In this document: one piece after another, positions 13,747 to 21,800 of the stretch
Layout of the letters: each line of letters begins with the position of its first letter
How positions within the stretch are numbered: the first letter of the stretch is position 1
Assembly (NCBI GenBank): GCA_964016885.1
Contig: OZ024743.1
Span: 132,556,001-132,620,000 of the forward strand
Direction: 5' to 3'
Source: Eledone cirrhosa
Taxonomy: Eukaryota
DNA length: 64,000 bases
Notes under the pieces: model-generated
Databases searched by the model: none
The model's input: the letters and a program-made list of their open reading frames with translations, nothing else
What the model was told of the DNA's origin: nothing
Program-made: the position numbers and the translations under genes

Positions 13747-14112
13747 TATAGCGGGAATACTGGTTGCATGAATGTAACAAAACGAGACAATGTTTGTGTA
13801 TATAATATTTAATTAACGGTAGATAGAATACTTGACATGTCAAAGATAGATGTTAGAATGAAACAAAGTTAGTAGTTACCGTTTTGATTGCCAGGCAAAC
13901 GCGGCTGGCAGAGGGCGCCTGGCCTTAGCCAGGCGCCTGTTGGCCAAATTAATGGCAGAGCCAAATGAGAAGACTCTTGACCTGGTGCCGAAAAGGCAAA
14001 GAGAGAGAGGAAGCTCAAAGCCGCCAGTTTTATAGGGCTCTGACCGGAAGTCGCAGAAAGGGCTCCACCTCCCGTCCAGATCCCAACCAAAACAAGGGAG
14101 ACAACCGCTACA
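13747..14112 (-). repeat. 3' LTR (366 bp)
   Basis: Direct repeat of 15526-15891, preceded on the minus strand by the PPT. Confidence 0.97.
13808..13813 (-). terminator. Putative polyadenylation signal ATTAAA in the 3' LTR (second copy at 15587-15592)
   Basis: ATTAAA followed by CA dinucleotides and a GT/T-rich tract (TTGTCTCGTTTTGTT), about 60 bp before the LTR end. Confidence 0.55.
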
Positions 14113-14126
14113 TAACCTCCCGCCAG
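14113..14126 (-). promoter_or_regulatory. Polypurine tract
   Basis: Minus strand CTGGCGGGAGGTTA directly abuts the TGTAG start of the 3' LTR. Confidence 0.8.
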
Positions 14127-14289
14127 AATTTTAGTGTATAAAAATCGAAATGAAAATATGTAGCAAGTTGGCGAGAATGTTGTAACAGGCATGAAAATTA
14201 CGACAAAAGAATGTTTGGAAAAATCAATGCTAGATATCAAGGTAGTAAAGTAAGGGAAGGGCTCAAAGTTCAAATGTACAAAATATAGT

Positions 14290-15039
14290 TCACTGGTGTG
14301 CAATCACATGACCGCAGGAAAGAAAGTGTGTTCCAGAGAATGAATGCAGGTGGTCTCTGTTCTGTGGTATATCGTGAATTTCCAACCTCCGAATGGATTT
14401 TCTCACAGGAAGAGTGCTGCAAAAATAAATTCTCTGGCTTTGGTTGCTGTTGCTGTTGCTGCTGCTGCTGTATTGCTGTTGCTGCTGCTGTATTGCTGTT
14501 GCTGCTGCTGCTGTAATGCTGTTGTTGCTGTATTGCTGTTGCTGCTGCTGTATTGCTGTTGTTGCTGTATTGCTGTTTCTGCTGCTGCTGTATTGCTGTT
14601 GCTGCTGTATTCGGTGTTTAAATTCACAGTAAAAAAAAATTTTTTTTTTTTTTTTAGAAAAAAATGAGTTGCGCAAAGTGCTAGAAATAGCAGCCGAAGT
14701 TGATGGTCGATGTTGAGAATGCGTTGATCTGGAAGGGTCCAGAGGCCAGCGACCAGAGAAATACGCATTCTTAATAAATGCGCGGTTATCAACGGTTAAT
14801 TTACATTGTAAATTTATAAACCGGCAAATAGAAGAATATAGCTTAAGGCTGAAGAATCCTTGGGGGAGAAATGCTATCTCTGGCGTGCGGCCGTCTGTGA
14901 GGAGAGACATCTCAGTGAATCGAGAATTTATGCTGCCTACACGTGCCAATACAAGGTTGAAAAAAAATAATATTTCTAACGCGCGAGAAAATGATAGTGC
15001 AATTTTGAAAGTGACAATGATGAAAAAGAAAGGCTTCAA
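14290..15039 (-). CDS. Possible 249-aa ORF in the element's sense orientation (Q/S/A-rich segment, no recognisable domain); may be non-coding
   Basis: Longest non-satellite ORF in the track and on the strand the element would transcribe. It crosses homopolymers and a stop-free repeat, and I recognise no homology. Confidence 0.2.
   Translation of the reverse strand: MKPFFFIIVTFKIALSFSRALEILFFFNLVLARVGSINSRFTEMSLLTDGRTPEIAFLPQGFFSLKLYSSICRFINLQCKLTVDNRAFIKNAYFSGRWPLDPSRSTHSQHRPSTSAAISSTLRNSFFSKKKKKIFFYCEFKHRIQQQQQYSSSRNSNTATTAIQQQQQQYSNNSITAAAATAIQQQQQQYSSSSNSNSNQSQRIYFCSTLPVRKSIRRLEIHDIPQNRDHLHSFSGTHFLSCGHVIAHQ
14444..14611 (+). repeat. Compound (TGC/TGT) repeat with an approximately 20-bp unit GCTGCTGCTGTATTGCTGTT, inside the retroelement
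   Basis: Exact units at 14461-14480 and 14481-14500, followed by length-variant copies. Confidence 0.93.
14631..14655. repeat. Adjacent A9 and T16 homopolymers
   Basis: Directly visible in the sequence. Confidence 0.9.
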
Positions 15040-15187
15040 TCAGCATAATTATTGGTGTGAACTTAGGAAAAAAACAAAAAACTTGAACGATGAAGAAAAC
15101 GAAGAACAAAAGGCAATGGTTCATCGAAAATAAATGTTCCTGTTGAAATGTTTTTTAAAGAATATCAAATTTCTTTTTTTTTTTTTG

Positions 15188-15309
15188 TGTTTTGAAAGAG
15201 TTCGTTGTAAGAAACGAGAAACATATATATATATCGTGAAATGTTTTTTTTGTTTTGAAAGTGTTCGTTGTAAGAAACGAGAAACATATATATATATATT
15301 GGTGAAATG
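15188..15309 (+). repeat. Two-copy tandem repeat with a 63-bp period in the element leader region
   Basis: TGTTTTGAAAGWGTTCGTTGTAAGAAACGAGAAACA(TA)n..GTGAAATG starts at 15188 and again at 15251. Confidence 0.92.
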
Positions 15310-15506
15310 CGACAGTTAATTGATGCGTGAGAGAAAAAGTATGTCTGTGCGAATTCCACATGTGCGTGTGTGCGTGTCCTTGAGTATTTTCATAGTTTGT
15401 CGCTAAATTTGCTGTGTATTCGTAATGTTACTCACAAAACCAGATGTGCTATTTTTTTCTTTTTTTGGGGGTGACCACTTATAGCGATGAGCGGCTGCGT
15501 GTTCGT

Positions 15507-15524
15507 ATCACGTCGGGGTCACCA
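15507..15524 (-). promoter_or_regulatory. Primer-binding site for tRNA-Trp(CCA); complementarity extends to 15493
   Basis: Minus strand TGGTGACCCCGACGTGAT is the complement of the 3' 18 nt of animal tRNA-Trp including CCA, the same PBS as avian sarcoma/leukosis viruses. It lies 1 nt from the LTR end. Confidence 0.95.
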
Positions 15525-15525
15525 A

Positions 15526-15891
15526 TATAGCGGGAATACTGGTTGCATGAATGTAACAAAACGAGACAATGTTTGTGTATATAATATTTAATTAACGGTA
15601 GATAGAATACTTGACATGTCAAAGATAGATGTTAGAATGAAACAAAGTTAGTAGTTACCGTTTTGATTGCCAGGCAAACGCGGCTGGCAGAGGGCGCCTG
15701 GCCTTAGCCAGGCGCCTGTTGGCCAAATTAATGGCAGAGCCAAATGAGAAGACTCTTGACCTGGTGCCGAAAAGGCAAAGAGAGAGAGGAAGCTCAAAGC
15801 CGCCAGTTTTATAGGGCTCTGACCGGAAGTCGCAGAAAGGGCTCCACCTCCCGTCCAGATCCCAACCAAAACAAGGGAGACAACCGCTACA
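15526..15891 (-). repeat. 5' LTR (366 bp)
   Basis: Minus strand reads TGTAGCGG...CCGCTATA (7/8 terminal inverted repeat). Followed after a 1-nt spacer by the PBS. Matches 13747-14112 at offset 1779 with no difference found by eye. Confidence 0.97.
15807..15813 (-). promoter_or_regulatory. Putative TATA box in the 5' LTR U3 (second copy at 14028-14034)
   Basis: CCC-TATAAAA-CTGG about 80 bp into the LTR, with a pyrimidine-rich CTCTCTCTCTTTG tract roughly 20-35 nt downstream. Confidence 0.6.
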
Positions 15892-15895
15892 TGTT
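15892..15895 (+). other. Target-site duplication TGTT, right copy
   Basis: Identical to 13743-13746. A 5-bp TSD does not fit (GTGTT versus TGTTT). Confidence 0.92.
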
Positions 15896-18800
15896 TGGTG
15901 TTTGGTGCTTGGTGCTTGGTGTTTGGTGTTTGGTGCTTGGTGTTTGGTGTTTGGTGCTTGGTGCTTGGTGTTTGTTGCTTGGTACTTGGTGCATGGTGTT
16001 TGGTGCTGGGTGCTTGGTGTTTTGTGCTTGGTTCTTGGTGTTTGGTGTTTGGTGCTTGGTACTTGGTGTCTGGAGCTTGGTGTTTGGTGTTTGGTGCTTG
16101 GTGTTTGGTGCTTGGTGCTTGGTGTTTGGTGTTTGGTGTTTGATGCTTGGTGTTTTATGCTTGGTGCTTGGTGTTTGGTGCTTGGTGTTTGTATTTGGTG
16201 CTTGGTGCTTGGTGTTTTGTGCTTGGGTCTTGGTGTTTGGTGTTTGGTGCTTGGTACTTGGTGCTTGGTGTTAGGTGTTTGGTCCTTGGTGCTTGGTGCT
16301 TGGTGTTTAGTGCTTGGTGCTTGGTGTTTGTTGTTTGGTGCTTTCTGTTTGCTGCTTGGTGTTTGCTGCTTGGTGCTTGGTGCTTGGTGTTTGGTGTTTG
16401 GTGCTAGGTGCTTGGTGTTTGGTGTTTGGTGTTTGATGCTTGGTGTTTGGTGCTTGGTGTTTGGTGCTTGGTGCTTGGGGCTTGGTGTTTGGTGCTTGGT
16501 GCTTGGTGCTTGGTGTTTGGTGCTTGGTGCTTGGTGTTTGGTGTTTGGTGTTTGGTGCTTGGTGCTTGGTGTTTGGTGCTTGGTGCTTGGTGCTGGGTGG
16601 TTGGTATTTGGTGCTTGGTGCTTGGTGTTTGGTGCTTGGTGCTTGGTGCTTGGTGTTTGGTGCTTGGTGCTTGGTGCTTGGTCTTTGGTGCTTGGTGTTT
16701 GGTGTTTGGTGTTTGGTGCTTTGTGTTTGGTGCTTGGTGATTAGTGTTTGGTGCTTGGTACTTGGTGTTTGGTGCTTGGTGTTTGGTGTTTGCTGTTTGG
16801 TGTTTGCTGTTTGCTGTTTGCTGTTTGGTGTCTGCTTTTTGGTGTTTGGTGTTTGCTGTATGGTGTTTGCTGTTTCGTGTTTGGTGTTTGCTGTTTGCTG
16901 TTTGGTGTTTGCTGTTTGGTGTTTGGTCTTTGGTGCTTGGTGTTTGGTGCTTGGTGCTTGGTGTTTGGTGTTTGGTGCTTGGTGCTTGGTGCTTGGTGTT
17001 TGGTGCTTGGTGTCTGGTGCTTGGTGTCTGGTGCTTGGTGTTTGGTGTTTGGTGTTTGGTGCTTGGTGTTTGGTGTTTGGTGTTTGGTGTTTGGTGCTTG
17101 TTGCTTGGTGCTTGGTGCTTGGTGTTTGGTGCTTGGTGCTTGGTGTTTGGTGCTGGGTGCTTGGTGTTTGGTGCTTGGTGCTTGGTGCTTGGTGTTTGGT
17201 GTTTGGTGCTTGGTGCTTGGTGTTTGGTGTTTGGTGTTATATGCTTGGTGTTTGATGCTTGGTGCTTGGTGCTTGGTGTTTGGTGTTTGGTGCTTGGTGT
17301 TTTATGCTTGGTGTTTGATGTTTGGTGCTTGGTGCTTGGTTTTTGGTGCTTGGTGCTTGGTGTTTCTACTTGGTGCTTGGTGCTTGGTTCTTGGTGTTTG
17401 GTGCTTGGTGCTTGGTGCTTGGTGCTTGGTGTTTGGTGCTTGGTGTTTGGTGCTTGGTGTTTGGTGCTTGGTGCCTGGTGCTTGGTGCTTGGTGCTTGGT
17501 GTTTGGTGCTTGGTGTTTGGTGCTTGGTATTAGGTCTTTGGTGCTTGGTGCTTGGTGTTTGGTGTTTGGTGCTTGGTGTTTGGTGCTTGGTGTTTGGTGT
17601 TTGGTGCTTGGTGTTTGGTGCTTGGTACTTGGTGCTTGGTGCTTGGTGTTAGGTGTTTGGTGCTTGGTGCTTGGTGTTTGGTTTTTGGTGCTTGGTGCTT
17701 GGTGTTTGGTGTTTGGTGCTTGCTGCTGGCTGCTTGGTGTTTGGTGCTTGGTGATTGGTGCTTGGTGTTTGGTGCTTGGTGTTTGGTGTTTGGTACTAGG
17801 TGCTTGGTGCTTGGTGTTTGGTGCTTGGTGCTTGGTGTTTGGTGTTTGGTGATTGGTGCTTGGTGTTTGGTGCTTGGTGCTGGGTTCTGGGTGGTTGGTG
17901 TTTGGTGCTTGGTGTTTGGTGCTGGGTGCTTGGTGTTTGGTGCTTGGTGCTTGGTCTTTGGTGTTTGGTGTTTGGTGTTTGGGGCTTGGTGCTTGGTGCT
18001 TGGTGTTTGGTGCTTGGTGCTTGGTGTTTGGTGCTTGGTGCTTAGTGTTTGGTGCTAGGTGCTTGGGGTTTGGTGTTTGGTGCTTGGTGCTTGGTGTTTG
18101 GTGCTTGGTGCTTGGTGTTTGGTGTTTGGTGCTTGGTGCTTGGTGCTTGGTGTTTGGTGTTTCCTGTTTGCTGTTTGGTGTTTGGTGTTTGGTGTTTGCT
18201 GTTTGGTGTCTGCTTTTTGGTGTTTGGTGTTTGCTGTATGTTATTTGCTGTTTGGTGTTTGGTGTTTGGTGTTCGGTGCTTGGTGCTTGGTGTTTGGTGC
18301 TTGGTGCTTGGTGTTTGGTGCCTGGTGCTTGGGGCTTGGTGTTTGGTGTTTGGTGCTTGGTGCTTGGAGTTTGGTGTTTGGTGCTTGGTGCTTGGTGTTT
18401 TGTGTTTGGTGTTTGGTTTTTGGTGCTTGGTGCTTGGTGCTTGGTGCTTGGTCCTTGGTGTTTGGTGCTTGGTGCTTGGTGTTTGTACTTGGTGCTTGGT
18501 GCTTGGTGTTTGGTTCTTGGTTCTTGGTGTTTGGTACTTGGTGCTTGGTGCTTGGTGCTTGGTGCTTGGTGCTTGGTGTTTGGTGTTTGGTGTTTGGTGC
18601 TTGGTGCTTGGTGTTTGGTGCTTGGTGCTTGGTGCTGGGTGGTTGGTATTTGGTGCTTGGTGCTTGGTGTTTGGTGCTTGGTGCTTGGTGCTTGGTGTTT
18701 GGTGCTTGGTGCTTGGTGCTTGGTCTTTGGTGCTTGGTGTTTGGTGTTTGGTGCTTGGTGCTTTGTGTTTGGTGCTTGGTGATTAGTGTTTGGTGCTTGG

Positions 18801-21800
18801 TACTTGTTGTTTGGTGCTTGGTGTTTGGTGTTTGCTGTTTGGTGTTTGGTGTTTGGTGTTTGCTGTTTGGTGTCTGCTTTTTGGTGTTTGGTGTTTGCTG
18901 TATGGTGTTTGCTGTTTCGTGTTTGGTGTTTGCTGTTTGGTGATTGGTGTTTGCTGTTTGGTGTTTGGTCTTTGGTGCTTGGTGTTTGGTGCTTGGTGCT
19001 TGGTGTTTGGTGTTTGGTGCTTGGTGTTTGGTGCTTGGTGCTTGCTGCTTGGTGTTTGGTGCTTGGTGATTGATGCTTGGTGTTTGGTGCTTGGTGCTTG
19101 GTGTTTGGTTTTTGGTGCTAGGTGCTTGGTGCTTGGTGTTTGGTGTTTGGTGCTTGGTGCTTGGTGTTTGGTACTTGGTGCTTGGTGTTTGGTGCTTAGT
19201 GCTTGGTGTTTGGTGCTGGGTGCTTGGTGTTTGGTGCTTGGTGCTTGGTGTTTGGTGTTTGGTGCTTGGTGCTTGGTGTTTGGTATTTGGTGTTATATGC
19301 TTGGTGTTTGGTGCTTGGTGCTTGGTGTTTGGTGTTTGGTTCTTGATGCTTGGTATTTGGTGCTTGGTGCTTGCTGCTTGGTGTTTGGTGCTTGGTGATT
19401 GATGCTTGGTGTTTGGTGCTTGGTGCTTGGTGTTTGGTTTTTGGTGCTAGGTGCTTGGTGCTTGGTGTTTGGTGCTTGGTGTTTGGTGTTTGGTGCTTGG
19501 TGCTTGGTGTTTGGTACTTGGTGCTTGGTGCTTGGTGTTTGGTGCTTGGTGCTTGGTGTTTGGTGTTTGGTGTTTGGTGCTTGGTGCTTGGTGTTTGGTG
19601 CTTGGTGCTGGGTGGTTGGTGTTTGGTGCTTGGTGCTTGGTGTTTTGTGCTAGGTGCATGGTGCCTGGTGTTTGGTGCTTGGTGCTTGGTGCTTGGTCTT
19701 TGGTGTTTGGTGTTTAGTGCTTGGTGCTTGGTGCTTGGTGCTTGGTGCTTGGTGCTTGGTCCTTGGTGTTTGGTGCTTGGTGCTTGGTGTTTGGTGTTTG
19801 GTGCTTGGTGCTTGGTGCTTCGTGTTTGGTGTTTGGTGCTTGGTGTCTGGAGCTTGGTGTTTGGTGTTTGGTGCTTGGTGTTTGGTGTTTGGTGCTTGGT
19901 GCTTGGTGTTTGGTGCTTGGTGCTTGGTGCTTGGTGTTTGGTGCTTGGTGCTTGGTGCTTGGTCTTTGGTGCTTGGTGTTTGGTGTTTGGTGCTTGGTGC
20001 TTTGTGTTTGGTGCTTGGTGATTAGTGTTTGGTGCTTGGTACTTGGTGTTTGGTGCTTGGTGTTTGGTGTTTGCTGTTTGGTGTTTGGTGTTTGCTGTTT
20101 GCTGTTTGGTGTCTGCTTTTTGGTGTTTGGTGTTTGCTGTATGGTGTTTGCTGTTTCGTGTTTGGTGTTTGCTGTTTGGTGTTTGGTGTTTGTTGTTTGG
20201 TGTTTGGTTTTGGTGCTTGGTGTTTGGTGCTTGGTGCTTGGTGTTTGGTGTTTGGTGCTTGGTGCTTGGTGCTTGGTGTTTGGTGCTTGGTGTCTGGTGC
20301 TTGGTGTCTGGTGCTTGGTGTTTGGTGTTTGGTGTTTGGTGTTTGGTGCTTGGTGTTTGGTGTTTGGTGTTTGGTGTTTGGTGCTTGTTGCTTGGTGCTT
20401 GGTGCTTGGTGCTTGGTGCTTGGTCCTTGGTGTTTGGTGCTTGGTGCTTGGTGTTTGGTGTTTGGTGCTTGGTGCTTGGTGCTTCGTGTTTGGTGTTTGT
20501 TGCTTGGTGTCTGGAGCTTGGTGTTTGGTGTTTGGTGCTTGGTGTTTGGTGTTTGGTGCTTGGTGCTTGGTGTTTGGTGCTTGGTGCTTGGTGCTTGGTG
20601 TTTGGTGCTTGGTGCTTGCTGCTTGGTCTTTGGTGCTTGGTGTTTGGTGTTTGGTGCTTGGTGCTTTGTGTTTGGTGCTTGGTGATTAGTGTTTGGTGCT
20701 TGGTACTTGGTGTTTGGTGCTTGGTGTTTGGTGTTTGCTGTTTGGTGTTTGGTGTTTGCTGTTTGCTGTTTGGTGTCTGCTTTTTGGTGTTTGGTGTTTG
20801 CTGTATGGTGTTTGCTGTTTCGTGTTTGGTGTTTGCTGTTTGGTGTTTGGTGTTTGCTGTTCGGTGTTTGGTCTTTGGTGCTTGGTGTTTGGTGCTTGGT
20901 GCTTGGTGTTTGGTGTTTGGTGCTTGGTGCTTGGTGCTTGGTGTTTGGTGCTTGGTGTCTGGTGCTTGGTGTCTGGTGCTTGGTGTTTGGTGTTTGGTGT
21001 TTGGTGCTTGGTGTTTGGTGTTGGGTGTTTGGTGTTTGGTGCTTGTTGCTTGGTGCCTGGTGCTTGGTGTTTGGTGCTTGGTGCTTGGTGTTTGGTGCTG
21101 GGTGCTTGGTGTTTGGTGCTTGGTGCTTGGTGCTTGGTGTTTGGTGTTTGGTGCTTGGTGCTTGGTGTTTGGTGTTTGGTGTTATATGCTTGGTGTTTGA
21201 TGCTTGGTGCTTGGTGCATGGTGTTTGGTGTTTGGTGCTTGGTGTTTTATGCTTGGTGTTTGATGTTTGGTGCTTGGTGCTTGGTGTTTGGTGCTTGGTG
21301 CTTGGTGTTTCTACTTGGTGCTTGGTGCTTGGTGTTTGGTTCTTGGTTCTTGGTGTTTGGTACTTGGTGCTTGGTGCTTGGTGTTTGGTGCTTGGTGCTT
21401 GGAGTTTGGTGTTTGCTGCTTGGTGCTTGGTGTTTTGTGTTTGGTGTTTGGTTTTTGGTGCTTGGTGCTTGGTGCTTGGTGCTTGGTCCTTGGTGTTTGG
21501 TGCTTGGTGCTTGGTGTTTGTACTTGGTGCTTGGTGCTTGGTGTTTGGTTCTTGGTTCTTGGTGTTTGGTACTTGGTGCTTGGTGCTTGGTGTTTGGTGC
21601 TTGGTGCTTGGTGTTTGGTGTTTGGTGTTTGGTGCTTGGTGCTTGGTGTTTGGTGCTTGGTGCTTGGTGCTGGGTGGTTGGTATTTGGTGCTTGGTGCTA
21701 GGTGTTTGGTGCTTGGTGCTTGGTGCTTGGTGTTTGGTGCTTGGTGCTTGGTGCTTGGTCTTTGGTGCTTGGTGTTTGGTGTTTGGTGCTTGGTGCTTTG

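Larger units (their letters stand above)
13747..15891 (-). mobile_element. Non-autonomous LTR retrotransposon, 2,145 bp, probably Ty3/Gypsy-derived (TRIM/LARD-like)
   Basis: Two 366-bp direct repeats and a 4-bp TSD. The PBS next to the right LTR and the PPT next to the left LTR both indicate minus-strand orientation. The 1,413-bp interior shows no recognisable Gag, PR, RT, RH or IN motifs. Confidence 0.96.

Noticed and set aside
13869-14303. 144-aa ORF, plus the 73-aa ORF at 15648-15869 and the 176-aa ORF at 15744-16274
   Set aside because: They run through LTR or satellite sequence and across element boundaries, and show no recognisable domain.
14298-14792. Poly-Cys/Leu/Ala and poly-Gln ORFs in other frames
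   Set aside because: They are translations of the stop-free TGC/CAG repeat.
14885-15361. Short K/E-rich and F-rich ORFs of 61-82 aa
   Set aside because: They come from low-complexity AT-rich leader and tandem-repeat sequence and carry no Gag zinc knuckle or other motif.
15453-15524. Intact tRNA-Trp gene or tRNA-derived SINE
   Set aside because: Only tRNA positions 45-76 are present, with no D arm, anticodon arm or A box. The encoded CCA abuts the LTR, as expected for a PBS.
13747-15891. DNA transposon/MITE, DIRS element or endogenous retrovirus
   Set aside because: Long direct repeats with PBS, PPT and TSD define an integrase-type LTR element. There is no env, gag or pol to support an ERV call, and a Trp PBS alone is not diagnostic.
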